DNA of 64,000 nucleotides from an uncultured Chloroflexota bacterium (lineage in GTDB: Bacteria; Chloroflexota; Limnocylindria; Limnocylindrales; Limnocylindraceae), in contig CAIPEX010000032.1 of NCBI GenBank assembly GCA_903864185.1, positions 2,686 through 66,685 on the forward strand, read 5' to 3'. Positions 10,448 through 19,861 of the stretch are shown one piece after another. A program made the translations under genes and the position numbers. Position 1 is the stretch's first letter. Every line of letters starts with the position of its first letter. A model generated the notes under the pieces. That model made no database searches. It saw nothing but the letters and a program-made list of their open reading frames with translations, and was not told the origin of the DNA.

Positions 10448-11130
10448 TGGCGACCCTGATCCTCGTGCGACACGGACGAACCGCCGAGACTGGCCTGAAG
10501 CTGAGTGGGCGCACCCCAGGGATCCCACTGAGCCGCGAGGGGCGCGAAGAGGCGCGTGCACTGGCCGAGGCCTTGAGCGGTGTCCCGCTCGCCGGGATCG
10601 TGACCTCGCCGATGCAGCGCTGCCAAGAGACGATCGAGCCACTGATGAACTTGCGCGGTGCGGGAACGCCGCCGCGCCCTGTGGCGCAGGTCGACGAGCG
10701 GCTGATCGAGGTCGACTACGGCACATGGACAGGGAGGGAGCTCCGCACCCTCGCAAAGGATCCGCTCTGGTCGGTTGTGCAACAGCAGCCATCAGCGATG
10801 ACCTTCCCAAAGGGTGAGCGGCTGCAGTCGGCGGCGGCGCGCGGCATTGCGGCCGTCCACGAGTGGGATGCGACGTTCAAGAGCGACGCGGTCTGGCTCA
10901 TCGCAAGCCATGGCGACATCATCAAGGCAATCGTTGCCGATGCAATTGGGACGCCGCTCGATCTCTTTCAGCGCATCTCCATCGATCCTGCATCGATCAC
11001 CGTGATTCACTACGGCGCTGAGCGACCGCGCGTGCTGAGCCTGAACGAGGCGGCAACCGGTCCAGCAGGTCGACTCCTCCCAAAGAAGCGCTCACTCAGC
11101 CTCTTCGCGCGACTTCGCGGGAAGGAGTGA
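10447..11130 (+). CDS. Histidine phosphatase (phosphoglycerate mutase superfamily; MSMEG_4193-type putative phosphomutase)
   Basis: LVRHGRT catalytic motif; start overlaps the pfk stop (TGATG); first member of the conserved actinobacterial triad. Confidence 0.8.
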   Translation: MATLILVRHGRTAETGLKLSGRTPGIPLSREGREEARALAEALSGVPLAGIVTSPMQRCQETIEPLMNLRGAGTPPRPVAQVDERLIEVDYGTWTGRELRTLAKDPLWSVVQQQPSAMTFPKGERLQSAAARGIAAVHEWDATFKSDAVWLIASHGDIIKAIVADAIGTPLDLFQRISIDPASITVIHYGAERPRVLSLNEAATGPAGRLLPKKRSLSLFARLRGKE

Positions 11131-11696
11131 TCTCGGTGGCACGTCGCATCCTCCGCTTCGACGCACCGGAGCGATTCATCGCTGGCACAACAGGAGAGCC
11201 AGGGGCTCGCGTCTTTCACCTGCAGGCGATCGGCAACGGGATTGCGGCCACGGTCATCGTTGAAAAATCGCAGGTTGCAGTGCTCGCCCGTCGCATCGCC
11301 GACATGCTGAACGATCTTGCAGAGGGTGGGTCGGTGGAGCTTCCCGTGCAGGCGACACGAATCACGCCGCGTCTTCCGCGACTCGCCGAGCCATTTGCAG
11401 CAGAGTTCCGCGTTGGCACGATCGCCCTCTCGTGGGACCCGCTTGCAGTACGCCTCACGCTCGAGTTCCGCGACGATATGAGCGATGAGGGGAGTGCGGA
11501 CGCGCCGCCACCAATGAACGACGCCCCGGTCGGGCCCGACGTGCTCCGCGTCACCCTGAGCGTGGCTGCCGCACTCGAGTTTGCAGAGCAGTCGCTTGAA
11601 CTTGCAGCCGCCGGTCGCCCGGTCTGCCCCCTCTGTGGCGATCCGATTGAATCGTCTGGGCACCGCTGCGCACGCAAGCCCGCCTACCTCAACTGA
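11127..11696 (+). CDS. DUF3090 family protein with C-terminal zinc-ribbon-like CPLCGDP...HRC
   Basis: 189 aa; GTGA overlap with the upstream stop. Alternative GTG start at about 11136 preceded by GAAGGAG. Confidence 0.65.
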   Translation: MISVARRILRFDAPERFIAGTTGEPGARVFHLQAIGNGIAATVIVEKSQVAVLARRIADMLNDLAEGGSVELPVQATRITPRLPRLAEPFAAEFRVGTIALSWDPLAVRLTLEFRDDMSDEGSADAPPPMNDAPVGPDVLRVTLSVAAALEFAEQSLELAAAGRPVCPLCGDPIESSGHRCARKPAYLN

Positions 11697-11707
11697 CTCT
11701 CGCTACG

Positions 11708-12463
11708 GTGCTCCCCGCAACGCCGCACCCGGTCAGTCCCATCGAGGCACTCACGGAGATGCGCACCGCGAGCGACCTGCTGCCGATCGGCAGGATCGCA
11801 ACCGCGAGCAATGCAAGTTTTCTCTGCGAACTCGTTGGCGCGCAGATTCCGTTGCAGGTGATCTACAAGCCGATCCGTGGCGAGGCGCCGCTCTGGGACT
11901 TCCCTACCGGCACACTCGCGGGGCGCGAAGTTGCCGCCTACATGCTCTCCGAAGCGCTCGGGCTCGCCGTTGTTCCGCCAACACTCTTGCGCGATGGCCC
12001 TGCCGATCTTGGCTGCGCCCAGCTCTGGATTGAGCACGAGGGGGTGCAACGGGCGATCGACCTCGTCAACGCCACCGACGAATCGCTCCGACCGATCGCC
12101 CTCTTCGATGCGATCGTGAACAATGGTGATCGCAAGGCAGGGCATCTCCTCCCACTCGCCGATGGCAGGGTTCTCGGTGTTGACCACGGCGTGACCTTTG
12201 CTGTTGAGCCGAAGCTGCGCACCGTTCTCTGGGGCTGGCGAAGCGAGGCGTTCACCGCGCATGAACGCGCGGTACTTGAACGCGGTGCGGCCCTCTTGGG
12301 CGATCAGCCAAGCGACGGCGGGGCAATCCTTGCTGCGCTTGGCGAACAGATCAGCGTTGACGAGATCGCAGCGACGCGTGCGCGCATCGATACGCTACGC
12401 GCTGCTGGATGTTTCCCCGAGCCGAGTGAGGATTGGCCGCCACTCCCCTGGCCGCTGGTCTAG
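11708..12463 (+). CDS. SCO1664 family protein (atypical PI3/PI4-kinase-like fold; catalytic-loop-like NNGDRKAGH)
   Basis: 251 aa; family assignment from recall of the actinobacterial triad and the HRD/DRH-like loop; no experimental function known. Confidence 0.6.
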   Translation: MLPATPHPVSPIEALTEMRTASDLLPIGRIATASNASFLCELVGAQIPLQVIYKPIRGEAPLWDFPTGTLAGREVAAYMLSEALGLAVVPPTLLRDGPADLGCAQLWIEHEGVQRAIDLVNATDESLRPIALFDAIVNNGDRKAGHLLPLADGRVLGVDHGVTFAVEPKLRTVLWGWRSEAFTAHERAVLERGAALLGDQPSDGGAILAALGEQISVDEIAATRARIDTLRAAGCFPEPSEDWPPLPWPLV

Positions 12464-12465
12464 GC

Positions 12466-13515
12466 CTACTCCGGCAGGAATCCTGCGTCGAGGATATCGG
12501 CGGCGGTCAGCGTCGCACTGACGGTCTGCCCCTTGAGCTCGCGCATGAAATTGATCGACTGCTCCCAGCCAATCTCATCAAGCGCTCCATAGCCCGCCCC
12601 ATCCTGCACTGGACCACTCCAGATTTCGATCGTCGCCTGCATGATGCTCAGTGAACGCTCGCGCGCTGCCGCGTCTGCGATGAGTTCAGGAACGATGGCT
12701 CCCGCAGCGTTCACGCCGAGTGCAGGGTCTGCCGCGATCTGCCGCATTGCATCGAGTGTGACGGCGATGAATGCCCGAATCGCATCGCCCTTGCTCGCCA
12801 GCGTTGCCTTCGCCGAGATGAGCCCAGGGCCAGCAAATGGCGCGCTCGATGAGGCGAAGAAGACGTTGACATCGAGCCCTTCAGCTTCGGCCGTGACGAG
12901 GTCGTTGTTGGCATAGCCGGTCACCGCATCAACAGCACCACTGATGAGCGCCTGAGTCTGACCAAAATCTGGATAGAGCTTCAACTGCACCTCGCGAGGC
13001 TTCTCGCCAAGTGCGAGGCCAGCATCGGCCAAGATTCCGAGGAGGGTCAGGTAGCCAGAGCCGTACTGACCGGGGGTGCCGACGCTGTGTCCAGCAAGAT
13101 CGGCCGGCGATGCAATGCCGCGGTCTGCGCGGGCGATCACCACGTTGGGCAAGGTTCCGTAGATCGTCGCGAGGTACTGAACCGGGATCCCTTGTGAGAC
13201 CGCGGGGATCATGCTCGTCCCGTCGGCGAGGGCGAGGTCGAGCCCGCCGCTTCCAACCAGGCTAATCAGGTCGGGGTCGATCTGATTCTGCAACTCAACG
13301 TCGAGCCCAGCGGCCGCATATGCGCCGCTCTGTTGCGCCAAATAGAAGGGCGCAAATTGCACGCTCGGGATATAGCCGAGACCCACCTTGAGTGGCGTCC
13401 CCGCCGTGGGCGATGGCGAACCACCCGGCCCCATGCAGCCAACGAGAACGAGCGCCGTTGCGATCAACGCTCCGCGCAGTTTTTGTGAGTTCGACATGAT
13501 GCTCCTCCCTCTCAT
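12466..13515 (-). CDS. ABC transporter substrate-binding lipoprotein (NMT1/THI5-like, NitT/TauT family)
   Basis: Signal peptide with lipobox LVGC and the SBP fold typical of sulfonate/nitrate/HMP binders. Likely start MSNSQKL at about 13497. Confidence 0.8.
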   Translation of the reverse strand: MRGRSIMSNSQKLRGALIATALVLVGCMGPGGSPSPTAGTPLKVGLGYIPSVQFAPFYLAQQSGAYAAAGLDVELQNQIDPDLISLVGSGGLDLALADGTSMIPAVSQGIPVQYLATIYGTLPNVVIARADRGIASPADLAGHSVGTPGQYGSGYLTLLGILADAGLALGEKPREVQLKLYPDFGQTQALISGAVDAVTGYANNDLVTAEAEGLDVNVFFASSSAPFAGPGLISAKATLASKGDAIRAFIAVTLDAMRQIAADPALGVNAAGAIVPELIADAAARERSLSIMQATIEIWSGPVQDGAGYGALDEIGWEQSINFMRELKGQTVSATLTAADILDAGFLPE

Positions 13516-14264
13516 TTAATGAGGCGTGATGATAGCCGCTCGGCAACAACAACGCTGCCGTATGCCGCCACGCCGAGCAGCGCAATCTGGATGAGCGCTG
13601 CAAAGAGGAGCGGCGTGTCGAAGAGTGAGCCGCGGGCAAGATTGACGAGGACGCCGAGGCCAGCACTCCCGCCCAGCCACTCGCCAACGATCGCGCCAAC
13701 GACCGCGAGTGTCGCGGCAATCCGCGCGCCCACAAAGATTCCTGAGCGCGCAGCAGGGAGACGGAAGGTCACGAGCGTCTGCCAGCGCGTGCCGCCCATC
13801 GCACGTGAGAGCTCGAGCAACCCTCGGTCGGTATCGCGCACCGCAATGAGGGTGGCGATCGCCATCGGGAAGAGGGTGATCAGCGTGCAAATCGCAATCT
13901 TGGCCGCCGCGCCCGGGCCGAACCAGAGCACGAGGAGTGGCCCGAGGGCGAGGATGGGCGTTGATTGTGCTGCGACAAGATACGGACTCGCAATGCGACG
14001 TGCCGCGCCAGAGAGGCCGAGCAGCATGCCGAGGGCAAGACCTAGAGCGCCGCCGAGGAGGCCGCCGGCGAGAATCTCGCCCACGGTTGGCAGCAGGTGG
14101 CGCAGCATCGTGCCATCACTCCACGCCTGTGCGAACCGCAGCGCAACCACCGAAGGCGCCGGCAGGAGAAAGACTGGCGCACCAGAGAGGCGCACGGCAA
14201 GCTCCCAAACGAGGAGGAGCGCTGCGCCAAAGAGGAGTGGCGAGATGCGACCGCCGCTACGCAT
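13512..14264 (-). CDS. ABC transporter permease (NitT/TauT family)
   Basis: 6-TM permease with an EAA-like loop; internal ATG 14264 chosen (8-nt overlap with the ATPase gene); the ORF extends to 14324. Confidence 0.8.
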   Translation of the reverse strand: MRSGGRISPLLFGAALLLVWELAVRLSGAPVFLLPAPSVVALRFAQAWSDGTMLRHLLPTVGEILAGGLLGGALGLALGMLLGLSGAARRIASPYLVAAQSTPILALGPLLVLWFGPGAAAKIAICTLITLFPMAIATLIAVRDTDRGLLELSRAMGGTRWQTLVTFRLPAARSGIFVGARIAATLAVVGAIVGEWLGGSAGLGVLVNLARGSLFDTPLLFAALIQIALLGVAAYGSVVVAERLSSRLIK

Positions 14265-15039
14265 GGTGCGCCACCGATGCAGCGGTGCGAAGTGCGTCGT
14301 AGAGCTGGGCCTGTCGTGCCGCACCTGCAGGGCTCATCAGCACGGCACGGCGCTCACCTTGCGGCGTGCCGCGGAGGCCAGCCACCTCGAGAGAGATGCC
14401 GCCACCTGGGGCGAGGACGAGGACGCGATCGGCAACGAGGAGCGCCTCACCAATGTCGTGGGTCACGAAGAGGATCGCTGCGCCCCCCACCAGCTCGGGC
14501 AGCTGTTCATCGAAGCGGGTGCGCGTCAACGCATCGAGCGCAGCAAACGGCTCGTCGAGGAGTACGAGCGCAGGGTTGCGAACGAGTGCGCGCGCAAGTG
14601 CGACGCGCTGGCGCTCGCCACCAGAGAGATCCGCTGGGGCACGATCGGCGAGGTGCTCCGCCTGCATGCGCGCGAGTGCTGCAATCGCAGCAGTATGAGC
14701 GGCGCGCCGATCCTCGCCCGCAATTTCGAGGGGGAGTGAGACATTCCGCGCGACACTCCGCCAGGGCATGAGTCGCGCATCCTGGAAGGCGATGCCAACG
14801 TCGGGTCGCCCTGCCTGCGCAGGTGTCCCAGCAACATGCACATCCCCTTGATCTGGTCGGATGAGTCCAGCAGCAAGGCGCACGAGCGTTGTCTTCCCTG
14901 TCCCGTTTGCACCGAGAAGTGCGACGGATTCACCGCGAGTAATGCTCAGCGAGATGTTCGAGAGAACCGCACGAGTGCCAAATGCATGCGCGACATGCTC
15001 AATGGCGAGGGCAGTATTGCTATTCGATGCTCCACTCAT
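14257..15039 (-). CDS. ABC transporter ATP-binding protein (NitT/TauT family)
   Basis: Walker A GANGTGKTT, signature LSGGERQR, Walker B LLDEPF. Confidence 0.9.
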   Translation of the reverse strand: MSGASNSNTALAIEHVAHAFGTRAVLSNISLSITRGESVALLGANGTGKTTLVRLAAGLIRPDQGDVHVAGTPAQAGRPDVGIAFQDARLMPWRSVARNVSLPLEIAGEDRRAAHTAAIAALARMQAEHLADRAPADLSGGERQRVALARALVRNPALVLLDEPFAALDALTRTRFDEQLPELVGGAAILFVTHDIGEALLVADRVLVLAPGGGISLEVAGLRGTPQGERRAVLMSPAGAARQAQLYDALRTAASVAHHA

Positions 15040-15045
15040 CGCTGG

Positions 15046-15951
15046 CTACGAGGTGGCAGCCGGAGCAACTCGATCGCTATTCGCTTGTGCTGCCGCACGC
15101 GTTGGTCGCACGTAGAAGATCAGCCCGAGTACGAGATAGGTAGCCTGAGCGAGCAGGGTCAGGAGCTCTGGTGCTGCGCGGTAACCAAATACCGCTCGTG
15201 CAAACAGTCCGACCCCGGCGTCGTCCGGCAAATAGGCGCTCAGGTCATACACCGGATTCATAAGCGCGGGGAGCATGCCGATCTCGATGAGTTCATGGAC
15301 TCCGTGTGCGAGGAGGCCTGCGGCAATAACGATCAGCGCTGAACCGGTCCATGTGAAGAAGCGCCCGAGATTAAGTCTGGCGCCGAGCCGGAAGATCGAA
15401 ATGCCGATAGCGATGGCGAGCGCGAGGCCAACCACAGCACCCGCAAGAACTGCCGTCGCACCACCAGCCTGACCAACTGCAGCCGCTTGGCCGATGAGGA
15501 ATATTGCCGTTTCGAGTCCTTCGCGAATAACGGCAGTGAAGGCAAGGAGCGCGATGCCTGTGACGGGGGCATTTGTAATCGCAGCATCAATCCCTTTGCG
15601 CAGTTCGCCGCCAAGTGTGGTCGCCTGGCGACGCATCCAGAAGAGCATCCAGGTGACAACGACTGCAGCGGCAAGGGTGGCAATCGCTTCAAAGAGCAGC
15701 TCTGCCGGCCCTGTGAGACCGCCAGCTGCGGCGTAGATGAGGATCGCCGCAATCAGCGAGAGGAAGACGGCGGCGGCGACGCCCACCCAGACGCTCACGA
15801 GTCGGTCGGCGCGGCCAATCTTGACGAGGTATCCGGCAAGGATGCCGATGATGAGGGCGGCCTCGACCCCTTCACGGAGTCCGGTGAGAAGCCCGCCAAC
15901 GAACGGGGCGGCAGATCCTTCCACGCTCTCCTCCTGCGTTAGCGGGCGCAC
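15046..15951 (-). CDS. FTR1-family high-affinity iron permease (EfeU-like)
   Basis: Two REGxE motifs (REGVEAAL, REGLETAI) in a 7-TM protein; GTG start; lies directly upstream of the ABC genes on the same strand. Confidence 0.85.
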   Translation of the reverse strand: MRPLTQEESVEGSAAPFVGGLLTGLREGVEAALIIGILAGYLVKIGRADRLVSVWVGVAAAVFLSLIAAILIYAAAGGLTGPAELLFEAIATLAAAVVVTWMLFWMRRQATTLGGELRKGIDAAITNAPVTGIALLAFTAVIREGLETAIFLIGQAAAVGQAGGATAVLAGAVVGLALAIAIGISIFRLGARLNLGRFFTWTGSALIVIAAGLLAHGVHELIEIGMLPALMNPVYDLSAYLPDDAGVGLFARAVFGYRAAPELLTLLAQATYLVLGLIFYVRPTRAAAQANSDRVAPAATS

Positions 15952-15989
15952 GCCCGATAGGTGCAGGATGGCAGAGGTTCTGCTGTTTC

Positions 15990-16016
15990 GTCAACCGCGC
16001 TTGACCCGTAAGTCAA
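15990..16016. promoter_or_regulatory. Overlapping inverted repeats GTCAA-N6-TTGAC-N6-GTCAA upstream of the FTR1-ABC operon
   Basis: Perfect 5-bp half sites repeated three times with 6-bp spacers, 40 to 65 nt upstream of the FTR1 start codon on the minus strand. Confidence 0.3.
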
Positions 16017-16028
16017 GGCGACTTGTCG

Positions 16029-18713
16029 CTAACGATCGAGGACGAACACCGGCTGTAGCTCTGGATCAATCCCCAACTCTTTGATCGCCAGGGCGACATC
16101 GCGCGGGCTTCGATCGCCACTGCGCAGCAGCGCGACCATGGCCGCGGCAGCAATGTGCTTGGCGTCGACCGAGAAGAAGTCGCGCAGCGCCTCGCGCGTA
16201 TCGCTCAAGCCGAAACCGTCTGTTCCGAGCACAACGTAGGGAACCTTAATCCACGGGGCGATGAGATCCGGCAGGGCGGTGACCCAGTCGCTCGCCGCAA
16301 CGATCGGTGCACTGCTCGCGCCGAGCTGCTCTTGCAGCCACCCCTCTCGTGGTGCGCTCTCGGGGTGGCGACGATTCCAGCGTTCTACGACGAGCGCCTC
16401 GCGGCGCAACTCGGAGTACGAGGTTGCCGACCAGATCTCTGCACGCACGCCGAACCGCTCGCGCAAAAGGTCGCGCGCAGCCAGCACCTCGCCCATGATT
16501 GCGCCGGAGCCCAAGAGTCGAACGACAGGCCCGTCGCCCGGCTCCGCATCGGCGAAGCGATAGAGACCGCGGTGGATCCCCTCATCCACATGCGCGCCAG
16601 CTGGTCGCGCAGGCTGCACCTGATTCTCGTTATAGATCGTGATGTAGTAGAGGATGTCTTCCTTGCCGCCATGCATGCGATCCATGCCGCGACGGATCAG
16701 TGCCGCCATCTCGTAGGCGAAGCTCGGGTCGTACGCCGCAACATGCGGGTGGAGATGCGCGATCAGTTGCGAGTGGCCATCGTCGTGCTGTAGCCCCTCA
16801 CCTGCGAGCGTGGTGCGACCGGCAGTTGCGCCGATCAAGAAGCCGCGACCGCGCGCATCGCCAACCTGCCAGACCTGATCGCCAACTCGCTGGAAGCCAA
16901 ACATCGAGTAGAAGACATAGAACGGAATCGTCGGCGTGCCGTGCGATGCATACGCAGTGGCGGCCGCCTGGAATGAGCCCATCGCGCCCGCCTCCGTAAT
17001 CCCCTCTTCAAGGAGTTGGCCATCTTGTGCTTCGCGATAGCTGAGAAGCAACTCGGAGTCGACCGGCTCGTAGCGCTGTCCGAATGGTGCGTAGATGCCG
17101 CCCTGCTTGAAGAGTGGGTCCATGCCGAAGGTGCGTGCCTCATCGGGCACGATCGGCACGACGAGCTTGCCGATTGCAGGGTCACGCATGAGGTTGCGCA
17201 GCAACTTTGCGAAGGCCATCGTCGTGCTCACCGGCACGCTACTTCCTGCGGCGAACTCGGCGTCGACTGCAGGCTCTGGTGCCGTCCACGTAACTGGGTG
17301 AACCACGCGCGACGGGAGCGGACCGCCCAGTGCCGCGCGGCGCTCTTGCAGGTAGGTAACCTCAGGGCTCTTCGGCCCAGGGTGGTAGTAGGGCGCCTCA
17401 GGCACCTTCGCATCGGGGATCGGCAGGCCGAGTCGATCACGGAAGGCGAAGAGCTCTTGCTCCGACAACTTCTTCGCCTGGTGCGTGACGTTCGTCGCCT
17501 CGACCGATGGCCCGAGCGACCAGCCCTTGACCGTCTTCGCGAGGATCACTGTCGGCGCACCCTTGTGTGCAACGGCTGCCGCATACGCGGCGTAGATCTT
17601 CCGGTAGTCGTGCCCGCCGCGGCGCAATCGCACGAGATCATCATCGGTGAGGTGTGCGACAAGCTGCTGCAGATCGGGCTCAGGTCCAAAGAAGTGCTCG
17701 CGAATGTAGGCACCGCCCGCGACGATGTATTTCTGGAACTCTCCGTCAACGGTTGTATCCATCTTCCGAACAAGGTGGCCAGCGGCGTCCTTGGCGAGAA
17801 GGTCGTCCCACTCGCGACTCCAGATCACCTTGATCACATTCCAGCCGGCTCCACGGAAGAGGCCTTCGAGCTCTTGGATGATCTTGCCGTTGCCGCGCAC
17901 CGGTCCGTCGAGGCGCTGCAGGTTGCAGTTAACGACCCAGGTGAGATTGTCGAGACCTTCGCGCGCCGCGACGGTGAGTGCGCCGGCAGACTCGGGCTCG
18001 TCCATCTCGCCGTCACCGAGGAAGGCCCAGACGCGGCTCCCCGATGTGCTTGCGAGGCCGCGGTTCTCTAGATACCGGTTGTAGCGCGCCTGATAGATCG
18101 AGCCGATGCCACCGAGTCCCATGGAGACCGAAGGGAACTCCCAGAAATCTGGCATGAGTCGCGCATGCGGATACGACGAGAGTCCGCCTGGTCCCGCCGT
18201 CTCTTGGCGATAACGATCGAGCTGTGGCGCAGCGAGACGGCCCTCGAGATACGCACGGGCATAAATTCCGGGTGCGCCGTGCCCTTGATAGAAGATCTGA
18301 TCACCAGCACCGCCAACCTTGCCGCGGAAGAAGTGGTTGTAGCCAACCTCATAGAGACTCGCGGCGCTCGCATACGTTGCAAGGTGTCCACCGATTCCAG
18401 GGAGGCGCTTGTTCGCGCGGAGCACCATCGCAGCGGCGTTCCAGCGAATGATGTGGCGGATCCGTGTCTCCATCGCCTCGTCGCCTGGGAAGGGTGGCTC
18501 GTCGCTCGTCTTGATCGTGTTGATGTAAGGGGTGGTCGCAAGGGTTGGGAGGTCGACGCCGAGGTCGCGGGCGCGCGCCATCAGGCGCATCATCAGGAGG
18601 CGGGCTCGCTCTGGGCCGTGAGCGGTAACGGAGCGCTCCAACTCCGCAATCAGCCGTGCCGTGTCGGCTGGATCGGCGTCGGGGATCTGCTCGAGGAAGT
18701 CAAAGGTTTGCAC
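16029..18713 (-). CDS. aceE: Pyruvate dehydrogenase E1 component, homodimeric type
   Basis: 894 aa with full-length AceE architecture. Confidence 0.95.
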   Translation of the reverse strand: MQTFDFLEQIPDADPADTARLIAELERSVTAHGPERARLLMMRLMARARDLGVDLPTLATTPYINTIKTSDEPPFPGDEAMETRIRHIIRWNAAAMVLRANKRLPGIGGHLATYASAASLYEVGYNHFFRGKVGGAGDQIFYQGHGAPGIYARAYLEGRLAAPQLDRYRQETAGPGGLSSYPHARLMPDFWEFPSVSMGLGGIGSIYQARYNRYLENRGLASTSGSRVWAFLGDGEMDEPESAGALTVAAREGLDNLTWVVNCNLQRLDGPVRGNGKIIQELEGLFRGAGWNVIKVIWSREWDDLLAKDAAGHLVRKMDTTVDGEFQKYIVAGGAYIREHFFGPEPDLQQLVAHLTDDDLVRLRRGGHDYRKIYAAYAAAVAHKGAPTVILAKTVKGWSLGPSVEATNVTHQAKKLSEQELFAFRDRLGLPIPDAKVPEAPYYHPGPKSPEVTYLQERRAALGGPLPSRVVHPVTWTAPEPAVDAEFAAGSSVPVSTTMAFAKLLRNLMRDPAIGKLVVPIVPDEARTFGMDPLFKQGGIYAPFGQRYEPVDSELLLSYREAQDGQLLEEGITEAGAMGSFQAAATAYASHGTPTIPFYVFYSMFGFQRVGDQVWQVGDARGRGFLIGATAGRTTLAGEGLQHDDGHSQLIAHLHPHVAAYDPSFAYEMAALIRRGMDRMHGGKEDILYYITIYNENQVQPARPAGAHVDEGIHRGLYRFADAEPGDGPVVRLLGSGAIMGEVLAARDLLRERFGVRAEIWSATSYSELRREALVVERWNRRHPESAPREGWLQEQLGASSAPIVAASDWVTALPDLIAPWIKVPYVVLGTDGFGLSDTREALRDFFSVDAKHIAAAAMVALLRSGDRSPRDVALAIKELGIDPELQPVFVLDR

Positions 18714-18745
18714 GATGCCCCAAGCCTAGCGCGCCGTGCGACGAT

Positions 18746-19342
18746 ATGGGGGTGAGCACGACTGGCCGGGCACTCCTGATCGTCGACCTGCAGCACGACT
18801 TCGGCGACCCTGCAGGGAGCCTCTACGTCCAGGGCGCTGCGGGGGTCCTTGATGCCGTCCTCGCCCTCATCCACCGAGCACGAGCGGCGGGTGACCTTGT
18901 CGCCTGGTCGCAAGACTGGCACCCGAGTGAGACCCCGCACTTTGTCACGCAGGGTGGCGTCTGGCCGGTGCACTGCGTGGCGGGCACGCCTGGCGCCGAG
19001 CTCCTGCCAGCTGCCGAAGGTGCACGCCACCCAGACGACATCCTCATCCGCAAGGGGGTTGCTGGCGAAGATGGGTACAGCGCGTTCTCGGTTCGCGACC
19101 CCCGCACCGGTGAGGTGCGCGCCACCGGTCTCGCTGAAACGCTCAAGGCACGCGGGGTCAACACCGTGACAATCTGCGGCCTTGCAACCGACTGGTGTGT
19201 GAAGGCGAGCGCGCTCGACGCGCTGGCGGCAGGATTTAGTGTCGAACTGCCAACGAGTGCGTCCGCTGGCGTCGAGCTGCAACCAGGTGATACCGCGGCA
19301 GCACGCGCTGAGATCGCCGCGGCAGGCGGCGTGCTGTGTTAG
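18746..19342 (+). CDS. pncA: Nicotinamidase/pyrazinamidase (isochorismatase family)
   Basis: LIVDLQHDF, DWHP and ICGLATDWCV (catalytic Cys) resemble PncA; internal ATG chosen within ORF 18656..19342. Confidence 0.85.
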   Translation: MGVSTTGRALLIVDLQHDFGDPAGSLYVQGAAGVLDAVLALIHRARAAGDLVAWSQDWHPSETPHFVTQGGVWPVHCVAGTPGAELLPAAEGARHPDDILIRKGVAGEDGYSAFSVRDPRTGEVRATGLAETLKARGVNTVTICGLATDWCVKASALDALAAGFSVELPTSASAGVELQPGDTAAARAEIAAAGGVLC

Positions 19343-19443
19343 TTGTTGGACTTGCGGTCGCTGCACTTCTCGGCGCGTTCGCCGTGGAGCGACTACTCGC
19401 GCGTGGCATTGCTGCAGGAAGGCTGGTGCGACCGGAGTTGCAC

Positions 19444-19860
19444 ATGTCGATTGAAATTGCGCAGCCACTTGACGCAGTCTGGGCATACGCATCAAACATT
19501 GAGCGGCAGCCAGAGTGGATGCACGAGATGAAGCGTGTTGAAATGCTCACTCCCCCGCCCGTCGCACCGGGCTCTCGCGGCCGTGCGACCGTGCGCATCT
19601 TTGGTATCTCCACCACTGATGACGTGGTCATCACCCGATTTGAACCACCGCGCACGTTTGCGATCCGCCACGAGGGGCGATTCGTTGGCGAGGGTCTACT
19701 AGAGTTTTCGACTCTTGGACCGACACGGACCCGCATCGACTGGATGGAGTACCTTCGCCCGCCACTCCTGCCGAACCTCGGTGGATATATTCAGCGCCCG
19801 ATCCTGCGATCAATCTTTCGTGCAGACCTGGCGAACCTCAAGGAGATTCTCGAAGGCTAG
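19444..19860 (+). CDS. SRPBCC (START/polyketide cyclase-like) domain protein
   Basis: About 138 aa of helix-grip-like sequence. The ORF may start at 19336, which would add an N-terminal TM helix. Confidence 0.55.
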   Translation: MSIEIAQPLDAVWAYASNIERQPEWMHEMKRVEMLTPPPVAPGSRGRATVRIFGISTTDDVVITRFEPPRTFAIRHEGRFVGEGLLEFSTLGPTRTRIDWMEYLRPPLLPNLGGYIQRPILRSIFRADLANLKEILEG

Positions 19861-19861
19861 G

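Noticed and set aside
9340-10810. Minus-strand ORFs of 294 and 249 aa across pfk and the histidine phosphatase
   Set aside because: Antisense artefacts of roughly 70% GC sequence; low-complexity Ser/Ala/Arg/Pro composition, no motifs, and they conflict with strongly supported plus-strand genes.
13519-14771. 406-aa and 224-aa plus-strand ORFs antisense to the ABC permease and ATPase genes
   Set aside because: Same artefact class; Arg-rich composition and no domain.
17016-18071. 351-aa plus-strand ORF inside aceE
   Set aside because: Antisense to a full-length, highly conserved E1 gene.
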